Virus record (IMG/VR): IMGVR_UViG_3300045988_082442
Coordinates: 149,709 to 213,708 of that record
Source: a virus
Reading direction: 5' to 3' (one strand)
Length of the DNA: 64,000 nt
The notes under the pieces were generated by a model, which had not been told where the DNA came from, searched no databases, and was given only the letters and a program-made list of their open reading frames with translations. Below, piece after piece: positions 27,037 to 35,344 of the stretch; within the stretch, counting starts at the first letter, position 1; each line of letters opens with the position of its first letter. The translations under genes and the position numbers were made by a program.

Positions 27037-29385
27037 ATGAGATTAGAAGAAAGTCATTTAGATGATTACCTTGCAGACAATGAATATGCAGTAACTTACA
27101 TAGACGGGGAAGGTAAAGAAAAACAGATTAAATTTAAACCTAATAAGAACACTAATATTGCAGGTATTCAAAAACAATTAGGTGAAACATATAAAGATTT
27201 CTTTAAGTTAAAAGAAATCAAAGGAGGAGAAAAAATGCAAGAAAGTAAAAATATTAAGGACTTAACATTAGCAGAAAGAATATTGTTAAATGCAATCAAG
27301 ACAGTAAATAGTGCTTATGATTTAGATAATGTAGTTTGCACAACGATACCATCTACTGGAGATGTATTAGTATCAACTAAAGATGGTAAGGATATATGCA
27401 CAATAGCAAGACATAAATTTGCAATAAATGGTGATGACACAGAACTTATTGATGAATTAAGATTTAATGGTTATTGGAAAGAACCAGACTTTGAGGATAA
27501 AGATACATTAGAGGAAGAAGTTTTAATTGAAAAAGATGGTAAATACGATACAATGGCATTTGCACAATGGCTACCAATGTCATTTACAGATTATGTTGAT
27601 AGTCATATTAAAGATGATTATGAAGAAATGGGAAGTAACTATAATAAGATAGAAAACTTTATTGAAGATTATGTATTACAATATCAAGAGGACCATTTAG
27701 ATGCAGAAGAGCAAGAAGAGTTTGAATATGATTTAGCAAAAGATTATGTTAGATATAAATTAGATAATATTGAAAAGAAGGAAGAAAAAGTATTAACATT
27801 ATCAAATGGTAAATTCAAAAAAGGAGACATATATGTAAATGGTAATGGTGCATTGATTAGAATAACAGATTATACAAAATCAGGAACACCTCAATATGAT
27901 ATAGGTATGCCAACAGATTTTGCAATGGGTACTCACACTTGTAAAGGAATGGCAAGTGATGAGGAATTACAAGCACTTTTAGATAATAATGGATATAGAA
28001 AGATAAGTGAAAGCAGGGAAATCAAAACAGAAGCATCTGCTTTATCAGCAAAAGACGAAGCAAATACAGTTATAGTAAATAAAAATCAATTTGGGTATAA
28101 TACAATAGCAATAATAATAGATGACACAAATAAAAGATACCAATTAGTATCTGGACAATCATTACCAAATGGAAGATATAAGAAAGCATCAAAGAAAGCA
28201 ATTAGACAAAAAGCTGAAGATTTAAAAGCATCTGGTTATACAGAAGTTAAAGGTCCTAATAGTTTAAGTGAATCAGTAGAACTAAAGACTGGTTCTGCTG
28301 AAGATATAATGAAAGGTAAAGCATTCTCTGTAAAAGATACAGAAATATTAAATACAGTTATGGATGCTTTAAAATCAGAATTAGGTCCAGATTGGGAAGG
28401 AAAATCATTGATAGATATTGAAGATATAACATTTAATACTATTGATGAATATTCAAAAGACCATAATGAAGATATAGACCCACAACCATACTATACACAA
28501 CTAAAGATGTTGATTGGTAGAAATGATTTATCAGAAGGTAAAGATACAAAATCAGATGAATTGAGTAAAGAAGATATTGTTAATTTATTAGATAATGGTC
28601 ATATCTTAACTGCTGGTAAAAAGAACTATACACCAACAGAGTTCTTATCTGAAAAAGGTAAGATTTACTTTAACAATAGAGAAATTAGCTTTGGTTGGCA
28701 AGAACATCCTAGCTTAAAAACTGCTGATGATTTAGCAGATTTCCTATTAAATTTACAAAAAGAAGGATTTGAAGTAACACATAGTGATAGAACAGAAAAG
28801 GACACAATTACTGAGAGTGCTTCAAAAGAAGATACACTAACAAAACTTGCAAATAAGATACTAGATTTCTATGGGGAAGATATGGGAAATTATTTTGATG
28901 AGATAGCAGGAAAAGAAGAAGATGTTTTTAATAATATACTTTCTTCACTAGAAAATAAAGATGAAAGTGATATAAATAAGTTTATAGAAGATATGGAAGA
29001 AGACGAAGGTAATGAAGATACTGTAAATCAACTTAAATCTATATTAAATGAATGTAAAGAAACACTTATAGAAAAAGATGAAGTAGATGAACCAGATACA
29101 GTAATTGAGTATGGTATATTATTTGAAAATGGTGATGATGAATTTTATTCAGATAAAGAAGAAGCTGATAAAAGATTTCAAGAAATTATAGATAATGGAA
29201 ACCTAGAAGATGTTGTTCAATACTATAAGAAAGAATGGATAAAAGGGGAAAAAGATTACGAAGAAGGAGATGTAGAGGTATATTACACAGAAGGTGATAT
29301 TCTACATGAAGAATTATTTGGTGCTTCTGACAAAGTATATCAAGATAGTAAAGAAAAAGGTTTATATTCAGAAAACTTAAAATAA
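27037..29385 (+). CDS. acidic giant protein, 782 aa, with in-frame internal SD-ATG at 27235
   Basis: Promoter 26980-27008; internal AAGGAGGAG plus ATG at 27221-27237. Confidence 0.85.
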   Translation: MRLEESHLDDYLADNEYAVTYIDGEGKEKQIKFKPNKNTNIAGIQKQLGETYKDFFKLKEIKGGEKMQESKNIKDLTLAERILLNAIKTVNSAYDLDNVVCTTIPSTGDVLVSTKDGKDICTIARHKFAINGDDTELIDELRFNGYWKEPDFEDKDTLEEEVLIEKDGKYDTMAFAQWLPMSFTDYVDSHIKDDYEEMGSNYNKIENFIEDYVLQYQEDHLDAEEQEEFEYDLAKDYVRYKLDNIEKKEEKVLTLSNGKFKKGDIYVNGNGALIRITDYTKSGTPQYDIGMPTDFAMGTHTCKGMASDEELQALLDNNGYRKISESREIKTEASALSAKDEANTVIVNKNQFGYNTIAIIIDDTNKRYQLVSGQSLPNGRYKKASKKAIRQKAEDLKASGYTEVKGPNSLSESVELKTGSAEDIMKGKAFSVKDTEILNTVMDALKSELGPDWEGKSLIDIEDITFNTIDEYSKDHNEDIDPQPYYTQLKMLIGRNDLSEGKDTKSDELSKEDIVNLLDNGHILTAGKKNYTPTEFLSEKGKIYFNNREISFGWQEHPSLKTADDLADFLLNLQKEGFEVTHSDRTEKDTITESASKEDTLTKLANKILDFYGEDMGNYFDEIAGKEEDVFNNILSSLENKDESDINKFIEDMEEDEGNEDTVNQLKSILNECKETLIEKDEVDEPDTVIEYGILFENGDDEFYSDKEEADKRFQEIIDNGNLEDVVQYYKKEWIKGEKDYEEGDVEVYYTEGDILHEELFGASDKVYQDSKEKGLYSENLK

Positions 29386-29388
29386 ATC

Positions 29389-29404
29389 ATAAAATATTAA
29401 TGAG
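29389..29404 (+). promoter_or_regulatory. late-type motif copy 8 (ATAAAATATTAATGAG)
   Basis: 52 nt before ATG 29456; its 3' end is the 5' arm of hairpin 29399-29431. Confidence 0.55.
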
Positions 29405-29434
29405 GGCTGTATATGTCTTGCAGCCCTCATTTTA
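29399..29434 (+). terminator. terminator-like hairpin overlapping late motif copy 8
   Basis: AATGAGGGCTG / CAGCCCTCATT 11-bp stem plus TTTT. Confidence 0.65.
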
Positions 29435-29455
29435 AATAAGATAGGAGGAATTATA

Positions 29456-32400
29456 ATGTCTAACAAGCTAATTGAAGCATTAGAAGTACATGATGAATTA
29501 AATCCAGTACTTTGGGATGGAATGGAATTAAAAGATGAAGTTAAAAATAAACTATTAGAGATTGCTGATACCTTTATAAAGGGGCTAGAATATCCAATAA
29601 ATGTAGCTGATATAAGATTTTTAGGTTCAAATGCTAGTTTTAATTACAATGAAAACTCTGATATAGACTTACATATTATTTCTAATTTTGATTTAACTTA
29701 CATAGATAAGAACATATTACAACTATTGTATAATTCTAGTAAGAATAACTTTAATAACAATCATGATATATCTATACATGGTATTCCAGTAGAAATTTAT
29801 GTTGAAGATATGAACAGTATGAATGCTACAAATGGTTCTTATAGTTTAATAAAAGATGAGTGGGTTAAGATACCAAAACCAATAGACTATGTCATTCCAG
29901 ATTATTCCAAAGAGTTAAATGATTATTTAGATGAATATAATCAAGTTATGAAAGATGGAACATTAGATGAAATAGAAGAACTAATAAACAGAATTTATAT
30001 TGGAAGAAAAGATGGTTTAGCAACTGAGGGGGAAGCAAGTATTGGAAACTGTGTATTTAAAGAATTAAGAAATAGAGATGTTATTAGTAATTTAAGAGAT
30101 AGATTACATGAATTAGAAAGCGAAGAACTTACACTTGAAAACAAGAAACTTGAGGAAGATGTAATTGACGATGTTGCTGTTGAAATGCAAGACGAACCAA
30201 CACCAGAGCAAATAAAAGAAAAAGAAGATGAATATACTGAATATATAGAAACACATATAAAAAATGTAAGAAAAGCTTATGATAGAATTGTAAAAGATTT
30301 AATCAAAGATGAATTTACTGATACACAACTAAAACAGTTAGAAGATAATTTAGAAGTACACGATAAAGATAAATATATACCATTTATGTTTGATGCTTAT
30401 AGAAGAGACCATTTACCAGTAAATGAAAAAGAAAAACAAGAAGCCAAAGAGGATTATGATATTGCCTGGGATTATCATAAGCATAATAATACTCATCATT
30501 GGGAATATTGGTTAAATAGTGCTGGTGAGTTTGCTCAAAACATAGATGGGGAAGCAATGAAACTTGCTTATGCAGAAATGTTTTGTGATTGGTTATCTTT
30601 TGGTTTTAGAAAGGAAGAAACATCAGCTACTGGTGAGTCTACTGAATTTAAAACATGGTATGGTGAGAGTGGTAAGAATATAAAAATACATCCACAATTA
30701 AGAGAATGGTTTGATGATAAAGTTGATACTATTATAAAATATATTGACGAGAATAAAGATACTATTTATGTAGATAAAGAACAAGAAGGAAAATGCTTGA
30801 CAAAATTTAAAAATTGTAATAAAATAGAAGAAGATGATAATATTAATAGAGAGGTAGGTGAAAATATTATGTCTAATGAAGATAAAGAAAAAGAATTAAA
30901 AAGAATGCAAGAATGGGTAAATAAAGTACTAGAAAACAGAAAACTTGAAGAAAGCTCTATGAGTAAAGTAGCAGAATATATTTCTCATTACCAAGTTGGG
31001 TTTATAACAGCTTTTAGACAAGGTAATACAAAAGCAGTAAATCAAGATAATAATCACTGGTTAAAGCTAGATATAATACAAGATTTAGATAAAACAAAAT
31101 TATCTTATATAAAAGTAGATGGTACTTATCCAGAACAAAAGAAGAATGCAGATGGTACAGACGCTGAAGGAGAATATGTGCAAATATTTGAAGAAACTTT
31201 TGCAGTAATAAATGACCAATATAGAAGTGATGACTTTATAAAAATTATGTGCAGTCTAGTTAAGAAATATAATCAAGATAGTACATTGATAGTATTCCCA
31301 CCATCAAATGATTCTAAAAAGATAGAGGATAATATAACAGCAGCTGAATATGATGGAGATGGTAATAAGAAAGCAACATATAAAGGTTTTACTGTTAGTG
31401 TTTATGACAAATATAAGGATAAAAATACTGCAGTTGAAGAATATTACACAAAAGTTGGAAACAAGAAACTAAGTTTCACTAATAGACAAGAAGTAAAAGA
31501 ATGTATTGATAAAGAACCAGAATATGATGTTTACACTTATAGATTAAAGAAACAAGGAAATCAAGGAAGTATGCTAGAATCCCAAAGAAAACATATCTAT
31601 GTAGAAGGATTATTAAATGAATTTAATAAGTTAGAAGAAAGTAGTATGTCAAGGATATTACAACTAATTCAACAAGGATATTTTGCAACAGTAAGTGCTG
31701 ATATTAGTATTATAAGATATGCTTTCTATGTAGCAAAAGATGAAGAATTTATTAAATTAGTTGATAATGATATTCAAAACTTTAATAAACTAGACAACCA
31801 AGAAGAAATAGAAAGTGAACTAAGCTCTAAATATGGTAAAGATTTATTGACATATAATAAAGATGCTTATAAGCAATTACAAGAATCTGTAAGAAATACT
31901 GGATTAGGATATGTTCCAATAGAAGGAGTTTATACTTACTCTGATAGCAATCAAGAAAGTACAGAACCATCATTGTTCATATCTATATCAAAAGACAAAC
32001 GAGCTTCATTTGAGGACTTTAAAAATACTATAATAGATATAGGTAATACTTACTATCAAGAAAGTGTTGTTATAGGCAATTCTGATAAGTCTGACAATGG
32101 GGATATAAAAGCAGATAATGATGGAAAAATAACTATTGATGCTTCTTTATATGATTGTGAAACAGGTTCAGTCATAGCATCAGAGTATTATGATACAGAA
32201 TATAATAAAATTAAGTTATCTGATTTTTCAGGTTTCTTATCAAGATTAGTTAAAGATAAGAATAAAGCATTTGCAATGTATAAATTTGATGAAAGTGTAG
32301 AAGTATTTAATGGTATTGATACATCTTCATATACAAAATGTTTACAAGCAGGTGGAGTACATGAAAGATGGAAACAACATATAAACCCAGTAGCAAATAA

Positions 32401-32986
32401 AATGACAGAAAAATATTCTAAGCTACAAGAAGATTATGATGACTATAGAAGTAAAGTTAAGTTTGATTTGGAATATAGAGTAATAGCTCCTATTACTGTA
32501 AAACAAGAAGATGAATTTGACACATACGGAAAATATGACCAAGAAATGGACATTGATATAGATAGTCTTTATGAATCTTATGAAGATGTAGCTAAACAAA
32601 TTCAAGACTTAGTTGATGATGAAGATTTATTAAAAGAAATCTTCCCTAATGTAGGTTTAGGTAGAGTATATGTTGGAAATATTGAACTTGATGAAGATAA
32701 ACTTGATTTTGATATTGGTTTCAGTAGTATAGTAGACCCAGTAGAGAGAGGTAATGATATAAAACTTGATGAAGATGAGATTAAAGAACAAATAAAAGAT
32801 TTAGTTATTTGTATCATTGAAAATGTTGATTATGTATCAGCAAAGCAAGTATATACAGAATATACTGGGGAAGTAGATGAGGATGGAGAACCTATTGAAG
32901 AAGAAATTACTTCTGATAATGAAATAAGCTATTCTATAAATCTTGATAAATCAAAAGATATTGAAATACACAAAATAAGTGAATAG
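29456..32986 (+). CDS. 1176-aa composite protein: Pol-beta-type nucleotidyltransferase domain, HD/HHW-motif domain, then duplicated acidic modules
   Basis: LGSNASFNYNENSDIDLHI fits G[SG]-x10-DxD; HDKDKY...HNNTHHWEYW...EMFCDW; two KLEESSMS(K/R)-led paralogous modules. Confidence 0.8.
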   Translation: MSNKLIEALEVHDELNPVLWDGMELKDEVKNKLLEIADTFIKGLEYPINVADIRFLGSNASFNYNENSDIDLHIISNFDLTYIDKNILQLLYNSSKNNFNNNHDISIHGIPVEIYVEDMNSMNATNGSYSLIKDEWVKIPKPIDYVIPDYSKELNDYLDEYNQVMKDGTLDEIEELINRIYIGRKDGLATEGEASIGNCVFKELRNRDVISNLRDRLHELESEELTLENKKLEEDVIDDVAVEMQDEPTPEQIKEKEDEYTEYIETHIKNVRKAYDRIVKDLIKDEFTDTQLKQLEDNLEVHDKDKYIPFMFDAYRRDHLPVNEKEKQEAKEDYDIAWDYHKHNNTHHWEYWLNSAGEFAQNIDGEAMKLAYAEMFCDWLSFGFRKEETSATGESTEFKTWYGESGKNIKIHPQLREWFDDKVDTIIKYIDENKDTIYVDKEQEGKCLTKFKNCNKIEEDDNINREVGENIMSNEDKEKELKRMQEWVNKVLENRKLEESSMSKVAEYISHYQVGFITAFRQGNTKAVNQDNNHWLKLDIIQDLDKTKLSYIKVDGTYPEQKKNADGTDAEGEYVQIFEETFAVINDQYRSDDFIKIMCSLVKKYNQDSTLIVFPPSNDSKKIEDNITAAEYDGDGNKKATYKGFTVSVYDKYKDKNTAVEEYYTKVGNKKLSFTNRQEVKECIDKEPEYDVYTYRLKKQGNQGSMLESQRKHIYVEGLLNEFNKLEESSMSRILQLIQQGYFATVSADISIIRYAFYVAKDEEFIKLVDNDIQNFNKLDNQEEIESELSSKYGKDLLTYNKDAYKQLQESVRNTGLGYVPIEGVYTYSDSNQESTEPSLFISISKDKRASFEDFKNTIIDIGNTYYQESVVIGNSDKSDNGDIKADNDGKITIDASLYDCETGSVIASEYYDTEYNKIKLSDFSGFLSRLVKDKNKAFAMYKFDESVEVFNGIDTSSYTKCLQAGGVHERWKQHINPVANKMTEKYSKLQEDYDDYRSKVKFDLEYRVIAPITVKQEDEFDTYGKYDQEMDIDIDSLYESYEDVAKQIQDLVDDEDLLKEIFPNVGLGRVYVGNIELDEDKLDFDIGFSSIVDPVERGNDIKLDEDEIKEQIKDLVICIIENVDYVSAKQVYTEYTGEVDEDGEPIEEEITSDNEISYSINLDKSKDIEIHKISE
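30797..30825 (+). promoter_or_regulatory. early-type promoter cassette embedded in frame inside ORF 29456..32986 (-10 TAAAAT)
   Basis: AAAATGCTTGACAAAATTTAAAAATTGTAA TAAAAT, including the upstream AAAATGC context of the intergenic copies. Confidence 0.55.
30869..32986 (+). CDS. possible nested 705-aa C-terminal product started from an internal promoter, RBS and ATG
   Basis: Full promoter copy 30797-30825, GAGGTAGGTG RBS and ATG 30869, in frame with 29456..32986. Confidence 0.4.
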   Translation: MSNEDKEKELKRMQEWVNKVLENRKLEESSMSKVAEYISHYQVGFITAFRQGNTKAVNQDNNHWLKLDIIQDLDKTKLSYIKVDGTYPEQKKNADGTDAEGEYVQIFEETFAVINDQYRSDDFIKIMCSLVKKYNQDSTLIVFPPSNDSKKIEDNITAAEYDGDGNKKATYKGFTVSVYDKYKDKNTAVEEYYTKVGNKKLSFTNRQEVKECIDKEPEYDVYTYRLKKQGNQGSMLESQRKHIYVEGLLNEFNKLEESSMSRILQLIQQGYFATVSADISIIRYAFYVAKDEEFIKLVDNDIQNFNKLDNQEEIESELSSKYGKDLLTYNKDAYKQLQESVRNTGLGYVPIEGVYTYSDSNQESTEPSLFISISKDKRASFEDFKNTIIDIGNTYYQESVVIGNSDKSDNGDIKADNDGKITIDASLYDCETGSVIASEYYDTEYNKIKLSDFSGFLSRLVKDKNKAFAMYKFDESVEVFNGIDTSSYTKCLQAGGVHERWKQHINPVANKMTEKYSKLQEDYDDYRSKVKFDLEYRVIAPITVKQEDEFDTYGKYDQEMDIDIDSLYESYEDVAKQIQDLVDDEDLLKEIFPNVGLGRVYVGNIELDEDKLDFDIGFSSIVDPVERGNDIKLDEDEIKEQIKDLVICIIENVDYVSAKQVYTEYTGEVDEDGEPIEEEITSDNEISYSINLDKSKDIEIHKISE

Positions 32987-32991
32987 AAATA

Positions 32992-33018
32992 AAAGACAGG
33001 TTATAACCTGTCTTTTTA
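32992..33018. terminator. bidirectional terminator between convergent genes
   Basis: AAAGACAGG..CCTGTCTTT palindrome flanked by A run and T run. Confidence 0.75.
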
Positions 33019-33417
33019 TACTTCTGGTTTTGGTTTAAATTTAACATTACCTTTTACTGATTTTTCCATAAGGTAAGAGTTAAACTTTTCTTCTCCTAAA
33101 TCTTCTTTTAATTTATCTTGGTCTAATTCTTTCTTTGTATAGGCATGTGTTAGATTTGCTATTATTGACATTCCTTCAAGGTAATCAATATCAGAAGCTT
33201 CCATACCTTCATACATATTTTTCTTTGCATCATTATAAATTATGTTATTATCTTCTAGTTTCTTTTGTAATGCTAGATATTCTTGTAATACCTCATTATC
33301 CCTATTCTTTTCTAGTAGTTCTTCTAGCATTACCTCTATTTGATTATTCTCAGTAGCTGCGTTATCAGCTTTGATAAACTCCTCTTTAAAATCATATACA
33401 ACTTTCTTCTTTGCCAT
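33016..33417 (-). CDS. hypothetical coiled-coil protein, 133 aa, reverse-strand moron-like cassette
   Basis: Own reverse promoter 33490-33518, GGAGG RBS, bidirectional terminator 32992-33018. Confidence 0.8.
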   Translation of the reverse strand: MAKKKVVYDFKEEFIKADNAATENNQIEVMLEELLEKNRDNEVLQEYLALQKKLEDNNIIYNDAKKNMYEGMEASDIDYLEGMSIIANLTHAYTKKELDQDKLKEDLGEEKFNSYLMEKSVKGNVKFKPKPEV

Positions 33418-33489
33418 TGTACTTTACCTCCTACATAAATATTTCTATAATAACAACATCTTCTGTGTTGCTTTATTTTAACTATAACC

Positions 33490-33518
33490 ATCTTACTATA
33501 AGTTTTAAATTTTGTCAA
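33490..33518 (-). promoter_or_regulatory. early-type promoter cassette on the reverse strand (-10 TAAGAT)
   Basis: Reverse complement reads GCTTGACAAAATTTAAAACTTATAG TAAGAT; drives 33016..33417. Confidence 0.65.
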
Positions 33519-33560
33519 GCATTTTTATAAAATATTTTAAACTTATATTATTACTATTTT

Positions 33561-33576
33561 GTAAAATATTAATGAG
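33561..33576 (+). promoter_or_regulatory. late-type motif copy 9
   Basis: 27 nt before ATG 33603. Confidence 0.6.
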
Positions 33577-33602
33577 AGATATTATTCAAGGAGGTTTTGA
33601 AA

Positions 33603-33791
33603 ATGTTTATATTTCTAAATGATGGTAGAAAAGTTAATATGATGTGGGTAGCAACATTTTACCAAGAAAAGAATGAAGTTATATATGAAATGGTTAAAGG
33701 ACAAACAGTAAAAGTAGTAGAATCTTTTGGAACAGAAGCTGAAGCCAAAGCAAGAATAGATGAATTAGAGGATATTTATTTATATCATTAG
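33603..33791 (+). CDS. 62-aa protein paralogous to the N-terminus of fibre gene 36419..38146
   Basis: MFIFLNDGRKVN...TEAEAKARIDELE matches MFIKLKDGRKLN...TPEEAEARVKEVD; AAGGAGG 8 nt upstream of ATG 33603. Confidence 0.75.
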   Translation: MFIFLNDGRKVNMMWVATFYQEKNEVIYEMVKGQTVKVVESFGTEAEAKARIDELEDIYLYH

Positions 33792-33802
33792 GAGGGATTA
33801 AA

Positions 33803-34318
33803 ATGGCTGTAAAATATAGAAAACAAAAACCAGAAGAAATAATAGAAACAGGTCATGTGGTTATGATTTCCCCAGATACTTCTTTTGTTACAAAAGCTCA
33901 AAGGGACCCTTTTGGAATAAATGAAAGATTAGTAGTAGGTGTTGCTGATAATACAGATAATAAAACACCTGTACCTATTGAGTTTAAATGTGGTAATGCA
34001 AAAGAAGTAACAGCATTAAATATAAATGGTGGAAATTCTAGTTCTAATAGTACATTAAACATAAATGGTGGAAATTCTTTAATAAGTTCAAGAGAATATA
34101 TAGACACTGTTGAATATGGAATTGTTACAATGACTATTGATGTACCACCTTGTTCAAGGGTTAGAGTAGGAGATAAACTAGCAATAAGTAGAAAAAATGC
34201 TGGTAATATAGAAGTTATGAGGGTTACTAATAACCATCCCTTTGGGAATAGAAGTGTTGGTAAAGTAATTAAAATTATAGATGGAACACATGTAGAAGTT
34301 CTATTGAATATAGAATAG
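33803..34318 (+). CDS. small beta-rich structural-type protein, 171 aa
   Basis: Paralogous to 34890..35258 and to the C-terminus of 10399..12939; contains the LNINGGNS tandem duplication. Confidence 0.7.
   Translation: MAVKYRKQKPEEIIETGHVVMISPDTSFVTKAQRDPFGINERLVVGVADNTDNKTPVPIEFKCGNAKEVTALNINGGNSSSNSTLNINGGNSLISSREYIDTVEYGIVTMTIDVPPCSRVRVGDKLAISRKNAGNIEVMRVTNNHPFGNRSVGKVIKIIDGTHVEVLLNIE
34016..34078 (+). repeat. in-frame tandem duplication (24-nt cores TTAAAYATAAATGGTGGAAATTCT spaced 39 nt)
   Basis: Encodes LNINGGNSSSNST LNINGGNS. Confidence 0.8.
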
Positions 34319-34333
34319 GAGGATTTATAGATT

Positions 34334-34864
34334 ATGGAAGATGAAAATAAGCCTGTTGTTGTAATAACACCAGAAGAAATAAAAAAGGCAGTAGAAGATT
34401 ATTTTAAAGATGTAGTATGTGTTATAATACCTAGACACGATACATCTTCAAATTGGGTATTAAATGATACTATATTATCTAATGGAGAATATGGTATTGA
34501 GGATGATACACATAGAGTAAAAAGAGGAAATGGTACTGATAAATGGTCTGACCTAGATTATGAAACATTTGGAATAGAACACTTAATGACAGCAAAAGCA
34601 GAAGATGTTTCTTATAATAATACAACATCTGGAATATCAAAAGTAAATGTTCAAGAGTGTTTAGATTATATTATAGATAGTCAGTTACAATTAAAACAAA
34701 TTCTAAGTGCTCAAGAAAGTGTAAAGAATAAAGTTTATAACATTGACGCTGATAAAATATCTAGTAGCAGTTACCCATCAGCTAGAGCTGTTATGGAATA
34801 TGTAAATAATATCACATCTCAATATGAAGATAGAATAACAAGACTAGAAAATAAATTAAAATAA
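34334..34864 (+). CDS. short fibre-like protein with Mtd-N/hyaluronidase-type N-terminal motif
   Basis: PRHDTSSNWVLNDTILSNGEYGIEDDTHRVKRGNGTDKWSDLDY matches the RxDT..W....L..GE.G.E.DT...K.GDG...W..L.Y pattern common in fibre N-termini. Confidence 0.65.
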   Translation: MEDENKPVVVITPEEIKKAVEDYFKDVVCVIIPRHDTSSNWVLNDTILSNGEYGIEDDTHRVKRGNGTDKWSDLDYETFGIEHLMTAKAEDVSYNNTTSGISKVNVQECLDYIIDSQLQLKQILSAQESVKNKVYNIDADKISSSSYPSARAVMEYVNNITSQYEDRITRLENKLK

Positions 34865-34889
34865 AAGCATTAGAATAGTAGGTGATAAA

Positions 34890-35258
34890 ATGAGTGAAAT
34901 TCTAAAATATAAAGCAGAAGAAGATATACAAATAGGTGACTTGATTGCAATGGACCAAGTTTCAAATTTAGTACATAAAGCAACTATGCTTGATAGAAAA
35001 AAAGTTATAGGTGTATGTGCTGATGTATTTCCAGATACAGAAGAAGTTTTAATCTGTAATCAAGGTGTTATAGATGTTAATGTTACTGGTATAATTTGTC
35101 TAGGAGACCATATAGGTGTATCACAGAAGCCAGGAAAAGCAGAAGCAATAAACTATGAAATACAGGAAGAAAGACAATTTGATGTTAGAAGTGTAGGTAA
35201 AGTAGTAGGTTTATATGATGTCTATTCCAAAGCAAGAGTGCTACTAAATATTAAGTAA
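34890..35258 (+). CDS. small beta-rich protein, 122 aa, paralog of 33803..34318
   Basis: Shared ...VIGV.AD...GD.I..S...G..E......RSVGKV......A/VLLNI(K/E) ending. Confidence 0.7.
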   Translation: MSEILKYKAEEDIQIGDLIAMDQVSNLVHKATMLDRKKVIGVCADVFPDTEEVLICNQGVIDVNVTGIICLGDHIGVSQKPGKAEAINYEIQEERQFDVRSVGKVVGLYDVYSKARVLLNIK

Positions 35259-35344
35259 TTCTGGGGCGTCAGGATGCCCTAGAAATGATTTTTATATTTA
35301 ATTAGATAAATTATATTACTAAACTAGAAAGGTAGGAAATAAAT

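Noticed and set aside
30961-31650. The KLEESSMS repeats read as internal GAAGAAAG-type ribosome-binding sites plus ATG
   Set aside because: The purine run lacks a GGAGG core, unlike the true internal SD-ATG sites at 26591, 27221 and 30851. I interpret it as a conserved peptide boundary motif instead.
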